A stretch of DNA of 64,000 bases from Malacoraja senta (GCA_038087875.1 CM075980.1:69998001-70062000); one strand, 5' to 3'; shown: positions 12,578-25,691, counted from the stretch's first letter. Numbers and translations are program-made. The notes: generated by a model not told the origin, from the sequence alone.

Positions 12578-12930
12578 AATGATTCAATGAGACTTTATTG
12601 CCACATGTTCCTAGGTACAGTGAAACAATTTGTTTTTCCTACAACCCGGTAAAATCATACAGCAGACCTCACCTAGGCAGTACACAAGAGTCGCCACGTT
12701 TCGGATGCCGACAAAGTTACAAAAGTTCACTGACCAGTCCTATCTTCTGCCTGTGCTGCCCATGTGCCCCCCACCATGTCCCCCTTTTGTTATCAGCAGC
12801 CCCCTGCTGGGTATCCCATCGTTCCCAGCGTCCCCCTCCCCCAGTACCCCCTCCTTTGTTCTCGGCAGCCCCCGTATGCAGAATCCCCCCATCGTCTTGG
12901 CGCTACCCGCTCCCCTGCCTGGACGCCCAC
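12578..12930 (-). mobile_element. Non-coding element with Rex1-type tail and an internal ~70-bp duplicated unit
   Basis: Tail tttcactgtacctaggaacatgtggcaataaa; two ccttt(t)gtt(a/c)tc(a/g)gcagcccc units. Confidence 0.5.
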
Positions 12931-13577
12931 CGTCATTCCCGATTTAAGAGAAAAAAAACCATTCTAGTTTCCTTTAACATCGCAGAAAATAATTTTGGGG
13001 GCAGTTAGTAAAGGACAATAAATGCTGTGTTTGCCAGCGACTCTGAGAGCAAGGAAAAAGTGGTTCAGTTCAATCTATTTCCTACGCGTGCTTTCTAAAA
13101 GAGTGGAGCATCCCTCTAGATCCCAGTCAATATATTTAATTGTTTTCCTTTTTAATCATGTGCACTACACAGAAAATCGCTGCCCATTTAATTCTCAAGT
13201 ACCTTGCAATAAACCATATCTGGTCAGGCACGCCTGTCACTATGTAATCAATTTCTTCACACATACCAAACTAAACCAGCTCTAGTTTCAGTTTTACATG
13301 TCCCAAGATGGAGTAAAGGGATACAAATGCAAAATATTAATTCTATTTATTTTACTACTTGTAGGAGCAAAAATGGCTAGGCACTGCAGAGTTGTTCAAT
13401 AAATCGCCCGTTTGTTTGAACACCAACTTTGCATGGCCTTTTCCTTTTTGCTCCTATGCTGCTGATGGTACTGACCTTGAACCATTTGCAATATTTTCTG
13501 TTATATTTCACATTTCCGGCAATGAAGAAATGCATCATTTTGCCTTTTTGGCTCCGTACTGTAACATACACGTCACA

Positions 13578-13975
13578 GTCATAGAGTCGTATAATCTTAC
13601 AGTGTGGAAACAGGCCCTTCAGCACAACTTGCCCACACCTACCAACATGTCCCATCTACACCAGTCCCACCTGCCTGCATCTGGCCCATTTCCCTGTAAA
13701 CCTGTCATATCCATGTACCTGTCTAAATGTTTCTGAAAGGTTGCGTTAGTACCTGCCGCAACAACCTCCTCCGGCAGCTCGTTCCATACACTGACCACCC
13801 TTTGTGTGAAAATGTTACCCATCAGGTTCCTAATAAATCATTCCCCCCTCATCTTAAACCTACGTCCTCTGGTTTCAATTCCCCTACTCTGGGCAAGAGA
13901 TTCTGAGCGTTTACCCGATCTATTCCTCTCATGATTTTGTACACTGCTATAAGGTCACCCCTCATCCTCCTGCAT
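13578..13975 (-). mobile_element. CR1 3' fragment
   Basis: FTQRVVSVWNELPEEVV..FQKHLDRYM plus tail. Confidence 0.9.
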
Positions 13976-14779
13976 CCACTAATATTTTCCTAATATTCTT
14001 CCAGTACGTAAGATCTGTCCTTAAAAACAATGAAAACGTGTATTTCCTGCAAAATAGATCTATCTGTACATTAATATGCAGAAGGAGTATGATTTCCACA
14101 TATCAATGTTTTACCATTTAGTGAGAGATGTATATGATGTTAAACTAATGGTTTGATAGAAGCCACATGCAAAGGTTTAGATCATGCTACAAGATACTTG
14201 GAAACTTTGGCACCCTCTTTCTCTTTCCCCACCACTTCCCCCACTCCCGACTCCTAATCTGTGGTAGAAATAAGATCATATAGTGATGGTGGTTTTGCGC
14301 GATGATTAAGCAGCTCTGGCAATGATCTATAATATTTGCAAAGGCTGGAGGTGAAAAGTAAGTCAATAAAGTGAATTCAAAGTAATAGGATAATAACTCA
14401 CATTGTCTAAATCTAATTGTGTACTGACTCACTGGTGTTGATGCTCATGTGAAATGAGCTCACTGGTGAATGGACTCAATGGTTCCCATCATATCGCATG
14501 CAGCTTTCTTTATCGTTGATTTAACCATGAATTGCATTCATTCATTAAAGCCAGCACACATTGTAACGCTCCTCTCGTCTCGCTATCTCTTACCTTGCAA
14601 TCAAGCCATTGTCTGCTGCTATCTACTGTAAGGCAGATGGTCGGCAAACTTCCCCAGAAATGTATCTTTCATTTCATCAAGGATTGTGGAATTTCTGCAC
14701 TGAATCTTAAGTAAAAGGAGGGAAATCGGTCAGGATTATTCTCAGTGTTCTTTGCTAATTTCCTGTGGTTGTCGAATAA

Positions 14780-15080
14780 AAACATGAGGGGAATAGATAC
14801 TGTAAGGGGAATGCACAGAGCCTTTCTTTCCTCAGGGTAGGGGAATCAAGAACTGTCTAGAGGGCATAAGTTTAAAGTGAGAGGGGAAGACATAACAAGA
14901 ACCTGAGGGGCAGCTTTTTCACTGAGAGGCTGGTGGGTATATGGAACAGGTTGTTGCAGGAAGTAGGAAGGAACTGCAGATGCTGGTTTAAACGGAGGGT
15001 ATTAGTTTAACAGCATCATGGAGGGCACTACATTGTGGGCTGAAGGGCCTGTTCCTGTACTGTTCTGTTCTATGTTCTAT
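14780..15080 (+). mobile_element. CR1 3' fragment (with a small Penelope-type piece)
   Basis: agagggcataagtttaaagtgagagggga..; tail gggctgaagggcctgttcctgtactgttctgttctatg. Confidence 0.7.
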
Positions 15081-15509
15081 GAAATTGCTGAGGCTAAGTT
15101 ATTAATTTAAAAGATATCAAAGTTAATTCTCAATTACATTTTTATAGGGATTTGTAAATTAATTGACCCCTGAAAATTACTCCTGCTGATAAGATGAGCA
15201 GTAAAATCTGGGGGAATTTAAAAAAAAAGTGGGATTAATATAAAATGGGTAAAGCAAGGACCCAACAGGCTGAAGAGCCTGTTTCTGGGCTGTCTGACTC
15301 CATAATTGTGATGGAATATTTAAAAGATATTTAAAGGGTCCTTTCAGGAGTAAAGGTTTCTCGATCTTTGATTCATTGCCTTCTTGCTGCCATTTCTACA
15401 GCCACTAATTAGGGATACTTTATCAGAATGGTAATTCTTTGCTCTGCAAGTACGATTTCTACCGAAATGACCAGAGTTAGCTTTCCTTAAGAGGCACGTA
15501 TGATGAAAA

Positions 15510-15780
15510 GTGTGGCACAGTGGTGCAGCGGCAGAGTTGCTGCCTTACAGCGCAAGTGATCCGGGTCCAATCCTGACTATGGCTGCTGTCTGTACATTCT
15601 CCCTGTGACTCACCAGATCCTCCGGTTTCCCCGCGCTTTCAAAGACATGCAGGTTTGTAGGTTAATTGGCTTCTGTAAATGGTCCCTAGTGTGTAGGATA
15701 GAACTAGTGTATGGGTTAACACTGATCGGCGCAGACTTGGTCGGGTGAAGGGTCTGTTTACACGCTGTATCGCTAAACTC
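15510..15780 (+). mobile_element. HE1-like V-SINE
   Basis: Head tggtgcagcggcagagttgctgccttacagc, V-domain, tail. Confidence 0.85.
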
Positions 15781-16234
15781 CAAAATGAGCCCAGATGAAG
15801 GGTGGTAACTAAGTTAAAGGGTGAGAGGCTACGTTTTCATCAACCTTTTTCATCAACTTGCATAAAAGATCACTGCAAATTGTTAGTACGAAACTGCTTT
15901 GGTATTTGTGCCTAAGCTTATATTTTACAGTGTGTGACTTATTGGAAGTTGTTTTTCACATTAAAAGTAAACTCACATTCAGAAGTTTAGCGTAATCGCT
16001 CTTCTTGAAGAATCACAAGCCTGAAGCTGAAGGTATTAATTGCTGTCGCCAGTTTTCTCTTTTCTGATGTATCATTGCAGTTGATTCTATGAACAATGCC
16101 ACTGTTTAGTTCTTCCATTTGTCATGTAAAGTTTGGACTTTACTGTTCTCTGCACGACAAATTGTACATTTTTCTGGCGTCTGTCATTTATTTTGAATTG
16201 TGGTGATAAGTTCATAGGTTCCACGGGTACTTTC

Positions 16235-16645
16235 CCTTCGTGAGGCTACACACAAACTGGAGGAAACAGCACCTCATATTCCGCTTGTGAGCACCTCATA
16301 TTCCCTGTGCCCCACCTGGACTCTCACCTACTTCTCCCCACCGCCCACCCACCCCAACCTACATTCCTTCCTCTAACTTCACAATCGCAACTCCTCTGTC
16401 CTTTTGCCTTACGCCTTCTGCCTTTTCATCTTCAGCCATTGTCCGACCATCTGCCTATCAAAAACCGTTGCATCCAGCAAATACTTGCCAGGCTTTGTAC
16501 TGCCCCTACCTCTCTTCCAGCTTTCATCCCCCCTTCCCACCACAATCAGCCTGAAGAAGGGTCCTGACCTGAAATATCACCTATAAATGGTCTCCAGAGA
16601 TGCAGCCTGACCCACTGAGTTACACTGGCACTTTGTGTCCTTTTG
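16235..16645 (+). mobile_element. Penelope 3' remnant (endonuclease C-terminus, pyrimidine-rich UTR, hammerhead motif)
   Basis: ctggaggaa(a)cagcacctcatattccgcttg (LEEQHLIFRL-like); CTGAAGAAGGGTCCTGACCTGAAATATC at 16551. Confidence 0.75.
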
Positions 16646-16796
16646 GTTTAATGGCTACTCTTGCTACCATTCAGTTACCTGGGCAGAGTTTAGTTGTCTG
16701 AGCGTTGGTTTGATTTAGTGTGCGTTTCCTCCCTTCTGAAGTCAGGTGGTAACAGGTAATACTATATTCAACACAGTGAAATCCAGTCAGTCCCTT

Positions 16797-17106
16797 GTTT
16801 AGTTTAGTTTAGAGATACAGCGTGGAAACAGGTCCTTCGGCCCACTGAGTCCACCCCAACCAGTGATCGCTGCACACTAACACTATCCTACACATACTAG
16901 GGACAATTTTACATTTATACCAAGCCAATTTACCTACAAACCTGTACGTCTTTGGAGTGTTGGAGGAAACTGAAGATCTCGGAGAAAATCCACGCAGGTC
17001 ACGGGGAGAATGTACAAACTCTGTACAGACAGCACCCGTAGTCAGGATCAAACCCAGATCTCTAGCCCAGTAAGGCAGCAGCTCTTCCGCTGCGCCACCG
17101 TGCCGC
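16797..17106 (-). mobile_element. HE1-like V-SINE
   Basis: Full-length match to the other copies. Confidence 0.9.
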
Positions 17107-17599
17107 AGTAACGCTCCAGGCCATAGATTGCGTGGGAGTTCTGTGTCTGAACCCACGGAAGATAACAAGTGTGAAAAGTTAATTGTAACACTTATTAATA
17201 GCATCTCTGTTGCTAATTGTAAAGAGCATGTAATGTATGGGGAAATGAGCTCCTGTGGCATTTCTCATTGGTAGTCTGAACAATTATGATAAAGAGCAGA
17301 GTTTAATCTGGCCCATCTTGATGTGAATATCTGAGGGGTAATTGCGATTAATGTGTCTTTCTGAATTAATGGCAATAAAACCCTCCAGCTATTATTTACC
17401 CTTAGCTTCACCCGCAAAACAACCTGTGAGAGTTTGAAGCATATCAATGGCTAGACCCTAACGGGAAGGCTTTTATTTATCTTATCTATGTCTTCTTGAA
17501 TAACATTTTGCCCATTTATCTTTCTATCTTTATAAAAATATTTCAGAGCCACTGCTGCTTTTCCCTATCATTCATACGCTACACTCCATCACAAATTCA

Positions 17600-17903
17600 C
17601 TTTAGAAATACTGCATGGAAACAGGCCCTTTGGCCCACCGAGTCCACTCCAACCCGTGATCACCCCATACACTAGCACTAACCTCCTACACACTAGCGAC
17701 AATTTACGATTTTAACCGAAGATAATTGACCTGCAAAGCTGTACGTCTTTGGAGTGTGGGAGGAAACCGGAGCAGCCGGGGAAATCGCACGTGGTCACAT
17801 GGAGCACGTACAAACTCTGTACCGGCAGCACCCGTAGTCAGGATCAAACCCGGGTCTCTGGCGCTGTAAGCCTGTAACTCTACCGCCGCGCCACTGTGCC
17901 ACC
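17600..17903 (-). mobile_element. HE1-like V-SINE
   Basis: Full-length match. Confidence 0.9.
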
Positions 17904-18687
17904 CTAAATTGTCAGCAATGAATCCTGTAGACTAGATTCTACTACAGGGATTGGGGAGTTTTTGGGTGCAAGCTCTGACTCTGGAGCGATCATGAGTTTG
18001 ACAATTCAACATATTCCATGCAGTTAACTTAATGCTTTCAAGCCATTGACTGTAACATTTTAGGGTCAAAGACTCGATCTCTGATAAATTTAAAATGCTT
18101 AAAGTAATTATAGATTTTTCTTTCATTTGTGACTTAATTTGCTGTAGCTGTTAAATAATTAGTGTTGCACAAATGTAGAAAATGGTATTCCAACACATGA
18201 TTACTGTGCATTATTACCAACTGATTAACCCCAGAAAATGCCTTAATGACTGCATACAATGTGTGCCCACTGCTTCAGTTCATCTGGTCACTCCTTAATA
18301 ACAAGGATGCATATATTTTGCAAAGAAAAGCAGAATTAATGTTTCAGGTCAATGGCAAAGATCCAAAGAAAGGTTATAGAGTTACTTTTTCAGGTTGGAA
18401 AACTGATGCAGGGTCTTTGACCTGAAATGCTAACTCTAAAACCCTTCATCAGATCTTTGCCTTTGAACTAAAAGGTCAGCTCTGTTTCTCACTACTGATG
18501 CTGCTCAATCAGTTGATTGTTCCCAGCATCTTTGACTTTTGTTGTCAGATTTTCAGGATCTGAGGTCTTTGGAGTTTTGAATATATATTTGCAAATGTGC
18601 AAGGTTGTGTAGGGAATGCTGCTGTTCTTTCCTATCTGCCCAAGCCTCTTAATTTGATGTTGGACAACAAAAACCTAACATTTTAAG

Positions 18688-19165
18688 CAAAATGCGGGAG
18701 TAACTCAACAAGTTAGGCAGCACCTCTGGAGAGAAGGGATAGGTCACTTTAAAAAAAAAAATGTTGGGACCCTTCTTCAGACTGATTGTGATAGAGGGGA
18801 GAATGCTGAAAAAGAGGTTGCTGGAAAAGAGCATGCCAAGTGATAGGTGGATACAGTTGATGGTTTATTTTTTGTATTGACAGGTGCGCGTAGAGAGACA
18901 AGGGATGAAAAGGAGACAAAAGGGTGTCAGAACATTTACCAAACTTTCCAACATCTGCAGATAGACATATAAAGCTGGAGTAACTCAGCAGGTCAAGCAG
19001 CATCTCTGGGGAAAAGGAATAGGTGATGTTTCGGGTCGAGACTTTTCCTCAGAAGAAGCCTGACCCACTGAGATACTCCAGCATTTAATGTCTATCATCG
19101 GTGCAAACCAGCATCTGCAGTTCCTCCCTACACATCTTCTCCAACATCTACAGTTCCTTGCATTA
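18688..19165. mobile_element. Nested Penelope-derived units (fold-back 18961-19139 inside an older copy)
   Basis: TSD TCCAACATCT(G/A)CAG at 18947-18960 and 19140-19153. Confidence 0.7.
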
Positions 19166-19878
19166 CCATTTTAAGCATTCAATGATGGCACCAACCATCT
19201 GAAAACTGGGTGTAGAGTAGTTTGAAATGATGGATATTCCACTTCTCCTTTGCCCCAACCTCAGAAGATTTCCCCTGCTCCACAGTATTATATCCAAGGT
19301 AATCCTGACTGCAGTCAAGATCTAACCCAACAGGTGGCCTCAAGGGCCTGAATGGCTCTCCCTACTTTCTATAGTAAGACTCCTCTAGCCAAACTCATCT
19401 GAACTGGAACAGAAAACTTCCTCCATTGCTCTGCGTTGGATCAGACCATAGGTGCCAGAAGCAACAGTTCATCAGCATTAGAAATCACCCCTACAAATTT
19501 ACATGAAAATTTAAAAGGAGCAATTTTGAATACCTGCAGGAATACACTCGATGATCTCGCTCATAATTTTAGCACCATAGCTTGCAGAGGAAATGAATGC
19601 TCACTCCTTCCTTGTGGTGGTAAACGCGAAGGCCAGATTGTGCTGAAGATAATCGATACACAAACAACATTCAGCTTGCAGCAATAAACAGTCTGGCTTC
19701 AATCAGTTCCTGCTTTTTCACACTAACATCACTGGCCCTGCTCTCCAAGCTAATGTCACAGCTTCGGCATCAAACACTGATACATATCCATTCACAGGAC
19801 ACGCTGACATTATGCTCATATTTAATACATTGCCTGCTGCTTGTGCACAGAGTCTGACATTATGCGCTATGCCGCAAA

Positions 19879-19897
19879 TTGCCAGCAGGGGGCAAGC
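19879..19897 (+). promoter_or_regulatory. Candidate CTCF binding site
   Basis: TTGCCAGCAGGGGGCAAGC matches the core CCASYAGRKGGC in non-repeat sequence. Confidence 0.5.
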
Positions 19898-20297
19898 TGG
19901 TCACATTTATTTGACCATCGACTGCTGCAGCCGAGTTGAGGCAGGATTTATCATTTTAGCTGAGGCATATGTGAACAGCTTACCATTGTGTGGCATTGCT
20001 CTGTGCAGAGCTTGTAAATGCTTTGTCAAAAGTGGAATGGAAAACTACAGGCTGGCTGCATTCACGCAGAGGGAACAGTTGAAAAAGAAAATGAAAACTT
20101 GGTGAAAGGACAAAATATTGAGAGCATTGATAAAGTCAATCACATTGTTGAATTCATTTAAATCATTTGAGCATCGTTTTTGTATGCTTTTTCCATAAAT
20201 AACACGGGTAAAATATGCTAATACAATTGTGGTATAAATAGTTTAAGGTCTTTGTTTATTCACTGTTTCACCACATCAGTAGGTAAGGGGAAGATGT

Positions 20298-20420
20298 GTG
20301 AAGGAACTGCAGATGCTGGTTTAAACCAAAGATAGACACAAAATGCTTGAGTAACTCAGGCAGCATCTCTGGAGGGAAGGAAAGGGTGATGTTTCGGGTC
20401 AAGACCCTTCTTCAGACTGG
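20298..20420 (-). mobile_element. Penelope-derived terminal unit
   Basis: gaaggaactgcagatgctgg..gtttcgggtcaagacccttcttcagac. Confidence 0.8.
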
Positions 20421-20980
20421 TTAGGGATATCTTTGCTCTGTCTTCCCACCCATGATCTTTACCTTTTGAATAGAGGGATGGATGTTCAAGTGCTATAACG
20501 ATTTATAGTTCCAATGTCTTTGGGATCATGGAAGAATCATTGTAAATTGTAGACGGAGGTAGGGTTGTGGATTGCAGGAGGGAGCTTGAGCTGGCCTAGT
20601 AGTGATGAGAGGCAAATGAGTTTCTATCCTCCGCCATTTTCACTTGGCTGACAGAGGGAGATTTTGGGGAGATTTCTATACAAGGGATTCAAAGCATCCT
20701 GGAGAATTCCAAACTGGGTGGCCAATATTATTGCAGGGTTGAGAGCAGCAATGAACGGCATTGCTGCTTTGGAAGAAGGGGTTGAGATAGAAAGATCACA
20801 GTGTAGGTTATGGGACTTTGAATGGGGTTACATAATTACTAGTCAGAATGCAATGGGGTGGGTGCAGAATGGATAGGTTAGGCCTCCAACTGAAGCCACG
20901 GGTCGGAAGACATTGTGTTTAATTATTTGCCACAGGAGCCTGTGGAGGCCAAGTCACTGGATATATTTAAGACAGGGATA

Positions 20981-22597
20981 CAGTGCATTCAGAAAGTATT
21001 CAGACCCCTTCACTTTTTCCACGTTTTGTTACGTGACAGCCTTATTCTAAAATGGATTAAATTCATATTCTTATCATCAATCTACACACAATACCCCATA
21101 ATAAAAAAGCAAAAACAGGTGTTTTGAAATTTTTGCAAAGTAATTTAAAATAAATAACTGAAATATCACATTTATGTAAGTATTCAGACCCTTTACTCAG
21201 TACTTTGTTGAGGCACCTTTGGTGGCGATTACAGCCTCAAGTCTTCTTGGGTATGACGCTACAAGCTTGGCACACCTGTATTTGGGTAATTTCTCCCATT
21301 CTTCTCTGCAGATCCTCTCAGCCTCTGTCAGGTTGGATGGGGAGCGTCGATGCACAGCTATTTTCAGGTCCCTCCAGAGATGTCCGATCGGGTTCAAGTC
21401 CAGGCTCTGGCTGGGCCACTCAAGGACATTCACAGACTTGTCACAAAGCTACTCCTGCGTTGTCTTGGATGTGCGCAGGACAGGGTCGTTGTCCTGTTGG
21501 AAGGTAAACCTCCATCTCAGTCTGAGGTCCAGAATGCTCTGGAGCAGGTTTTCATCAAGGATCTCTGTACTTTGCTCCGTTCATCTTTCCATCGATCTTG
21601 ACTAGTGTTCCAATTCCTGCCGCTGAAAAACATCCCCACAGCATGATGCTGCCACCACCATGCTTCACCGTAGGTATGGTATTGGCCAGGTGATGAGCGG
21701 TACCTGGTTTCCTCCAGACATGATGCTTGGCATTCAGGCCAAAGAGTTCAATCTTGGTTTCATCAGACCAGAGAATCTTGTTTCTCATTCTCTGAGAGTC
21801 CTTTAGGTGCCTTTTGGCAAACTCCAAGTGGGCTGTCATGTGCCTTTTACTGAGGAGTGGCTTCCGTCTGGCCACTCTACCATAAAGACCTGATTGGTGG
21901 AGTGCTGCAGATATAGTTGTCCTTCTGGAAGGTTCTTCCATCTCCACAGAGGAACTCTGGAGCTCTGTCAGAGTGACCATCGTGTTTTTGGTCACTTCCC
22001 TGACCAAGGCCCTTCTCCCCCGATGGCTCAGTTTGGCCGGGCGGCCAGCTCTATGAAGAGTCCTGGTGGTTCCAAAGTTCTTCCATTTAAGATTGACGGA
22101 GGCCACTGTGCTCTTCGGGACCTGCAATGCTGCAGAAATTGTTTTACACCCTTCCCTGATCTGTGTCTCGACACAATCCTGCCTCGTAGGTCTACCATCA
22201 ATCTGTTCGTCTTCATGGCTTGGTTTTTGCTCTGACATGCACTGTCAACTGCGGGACCTTATGTAGACAGGTGTGTGCCTTTCCAAATCATGTACAAGCA
22301 ATTTAATTTGCCACTGGTGGACTCCAATCAAGTTGTAGAAACATCTCAAGGTTAATCAATGGAAGCAGGATGCACCTAAGCTCAATTTTGAGTGTTATAG
22401 CAAGGGTCTGATGTAAATGTGATATTTCAGTTATTTATTTTTAATTACTTTGCAAAAATTTCTAAACACCTGTTTTGCTTCTTCATTCTGGGGTATTGAT
22501 GATAAAACAAAAATAGTTTAATCCATTTTAAAATAAGGCTGTAACGTAACAAAATGTGGAAAAAGTGAAGGGGTCTGAATACTTTCTGAAGGCACTG
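20981..22597 (-). mobile_element. Full-length Tc1 (IR/DR-type) DNA transposon, 1617 bp
   Basis: ~210-bp TIRs beginning CAGTGC(A/C)TTCAGAAAGTATTCAGACCCC with an internal repeat of aagtattcagaccc; TA TSD at 20979-80 and 22598-99. Confidence 0.97.
21197..22238 (-). pseudogene. Tc1 DD34E transposase, frameshifted
   Basis: [55 protein letters not shown]; split over several frames. Confidence 0.95.
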
Positions 22598-23059
22598 TAG
22601 ATAGATTCTTGATTAGTACGGGTGTCAGAGGTTACGGGGAGAAGGCAAGAGAATGGGGTTAGGAGGGAGAGATAGATCAGCCATGATTCAATGGCATAGA
22701 CATGATGGGCCGAATGGCCTAATTCTTCTTCTATCACATGATCATTTGATCTTAATTGAAGAGGTTGGTGGGTCACTGTGGAAACATCAATGACCTGAAA
22801 CATTGACTTTTTCTCTCTCCACTGTCCTGCTATTTCCAATATCTGTTTTTATTTCATGTTTCCATCACCCACTGTGGTTTGCTTTTATGTTAACTCTTTA
22901 AGAAGATTTGGATTGAGTATAAAATAAGGAAGAGTGTTTATCTTTTGAATAGAGGGGATGGAGGTTCAAGTGCTATAAAGATTTATAGTTCCAATATGCC
23001 TTTTGGATCCAATATGCCTTTGGGATACGACGATCTGGTATGTCAAAGATGATTCTCTT

Positions 23060-23389
23060 GAACATATACAGGTGCATACTGACTGGTTGCATCGTGGCCT
23101 GGTTCGGCAACTTGAACGTTCAGGAGCGGAAAAGACTCAAAAAACTTGTAAACACTGCCCGGCTCTGACCATCCCACTATCGAATGGATCTATCGTAGTC
23201 ACTGCCTCAAAAAGGCAGCCAACATCATCAAAGACTCACAATATCCTGGCCACACACTCATCTCACCACTGCCATCGGGAAGAAGGTACAGGAGAATGAG
23301 AACTGTAATGTCCAGGTTCAGGAACAGCTTCTTCCCTACAGTCATCAGGCTATTAAACACTACAAAATAAGCTATGAACTACAATAGAC

Positions 23390-23435
<46 letters not shown>

Positions 23436-23835
23436 GCACTGTTATTGTTTGTTCTTTTATTGAGTTTTTGTTATATAATTTATTATGTTTACATGTTCTG
23501 TTGTGCTGCAGCAAGTAAGAATAATAATAATAATAATGAATTTTATTTACGGGCGCCTTATACCGAGGTCTCAAGGACACCTTACAGAGATTTATAGGAA
23601 ACATATAATCAGAATTTAAAAAATAAGTTATAAAGACCAATACACAAATCAGGGACAGAATTCCTTCCAAAAAGACAAAAAAAGAAAATCAGAAGCACAA
23701 TTTGAGGAGAGAGCAGCGGCAACGAAACCGCGCCAGCGTCCACTCTCCCCTCCGACCGCCATCTTGAACACAGACTAACAAATACAATTTGTCATTGTTC
23801 TATCTGGGACATATGACAATAAAACTCTCTTGATT
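23060..23835 (+). mobile_element. Rex1/Babar-type LINE 3' fragment with (TAT)n microsatellite (about 23390-23434)
   Basis: Degraded ..[35 protein letters not shown]; tail gggacatatgacaataaaactctcttga. Confidence 0.85.
23519..23790 (-). mobile_element. Short non-coding retroposon with L2-type tail, nested in the Rex1 UTR
   Basis: Starts near AAGATGGCGG; ends tgtaaggtgtccttgag..aaggcgcccgtaaataaaattc(ATT)n; related to 56775-56965. Confidence 0.65.
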
Positions 23836-24384
23836 TGAATCATTGTAAATTGCATGGATCTTAATCAATGAATCAATATAGTATTTACAACTATTAATAT
23901 CATCACCACCACCAACACCAACTTGTGTTTCTATAATACCTACAGTGGTGGAAAATATCCCTAGATAATTGTCCATTTAGTTTTCAGTTTATGTAATGTA
24001 TAGGTGACTTAATGGTTGGTCAGTAAGGTAGTTTTTAAAGTTTACTTGGAATCACAGTGTATAATCATCCATTGTGGCCACAGGGAAACATGCAAACTCC
24101 ACACAGACAGCACTCAAGGCAGTGGCTCTATTAGCTGAAGGATAGTTTTTGCTCAGGCTTTTGAGCACATGGAGTTAGTTGGAGTCCTTTTGAAAGTCAG
24201 GCAGATGTGGCGACTGCAGACATAGCCCATCTGTGGCAGAAGGGCTAGAAAACAGCTGAGGTCAGAGACCTGGAGGAGATATTTAGTCAACCTGGGACAA
24301 ATGTGATGGGTTAACTGTGGGGAGAATGGAGTTTAGTGAGCTTGGAGTGAGGGAAATAAACACTTGTGTTTGTGCAGCACCCCT

Positions 24385-24467
24385 CTCCCCAGAATATTCC
24401 AAAGCATATTACACCCAGTGAAGTCCTTGTGAAGTGTGGTCATTGCCACAAAGAAGGAAACACAGCT
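24385..24467 (-). mobile_element. Ancient Deu-SINE (SacSINE1-like) or L2-type 3' fragment
   Basis: Reverse complement gtttcct..tgaccacacttcacaaggacttcactgggtgtaatatgctttgg resembles the Deu-SINE 3' region as I recall it. Confidence 0.4.
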
Positions 24468-24627
24468 CTCTCTGTGATGTGCTACCATGCACTACAATGC
24501 TGAGAATTATATTCTGAACTCTGTATCTTCCCCTTTGCTCTATCTATTGTACTTGAGTTTGAACTGAGTGTATCTATGTATGGTAAATATGATCTGTTTG
24601 GACAGCATGCAAAACAGGCAGCACATG

Positions 24628-24880
24628 CTGCACAGTGACACAGTGGTAGTGTTGCCGCATTATGGAGGCAGAGACCCAGGTTCGATCCTGACTATGCGTG
24701 TTGTCTGTATGGAGTTTGTGTGTTCTCCCTGTGACCTGCGTGGGTTTTCTCCAGGTGCTCCAGTTTCCTCCAACACTGACGTCCAGGTGTGTAGGTTAAT
24801 TGGCTAGTGTGCGGGGTGATCACTGGTCAGCATAGACTCAGTGGGCTGAAAGGCCTGTTTCCACCCAATATCTCTAAAGT
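24628..24880 (+). mobile_element. V-SINE fused behind a Rex1-type UTR fragment (24485-24617)
   Basis: B box GGTTCGATCC, V-domain, tail. Confidence 0.85.
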
Positions 24881-25691
24881 CCAAAAGTCTAGAGTGGGTG
24901 GACAGAGGGGGTAAAGAGATGGTGTGGAGCAATGGACAGTGGGTACAGGGGTGGTGTGGAGGGAGGGACAGTGGGGCTAAAGTGGTGGGGTGAAGAGATG
25001 GCAGTGGGGGCGAAATGGTGATGTGGAGGGGTGTGCCGTGGGGGACAAAGGGGTGGTGTGAAGGGATGGCAGGGGGCCCAAATGTGGGTTTCAGCAGTAG
25101 TGTCAAATTAGGTGAGAGTGCTGCTAAGTCATGTTTCAGAATAGAAAAGATAGTATCGCTGATGGACCTCAATTTGTGCTCAGAGAGGATGCTGAATTAA
25201 AACGGAACCAGCTGGAGTTAGTTTTCAGACCAGGCAGTATTTGTGAAGATGAAAGCAACTAACGTGTCACTTTGATAAGCTTTCATCAGGTAAACTCCAC
25301 TGACACCTGCTTGAATATTGCCTTGATTTTAAGATTCCCAGAAGGCTTCTCATTTCCTTCTTTGTCCTGATTTCTTCTCACTCCCACTGAGCTCTCTTCA
25401 AGTTATCCACGCTGTTGCACTTCTGATCCATTGATCATCCCTAATTTTTATTCCTCCAGCTTTCTAAACCATGACATTGCCTTCATCAACTACTGCATAT
25501 CTCTTTCCTCTTTTGTTTCCCTAACATGTTACCTTCTTGACGTGGGCTTTTATGTGCCTTGATCATAAAGTTGGCTTGTTCTTTATATGAAGATACCTTG
25601 GGCGAGTGAGCATTATAAATTTGTGTTCACAATGGTGAACTTGAACTGTATTGAGTTTTGCTTGAGGTTAATGGAGTGCAGAAAGGTGGTT

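Larger units (their letters stand above)
20915..22740 (+). mobile_element. CR1 3' fragment split by the Tc1 insertion
   Basis: ..gatatatttaagacaggga[TA-Tc1-TA]gatagattcttgattag.. is continuous CR1 3' sequence. Confidence 0.85.
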
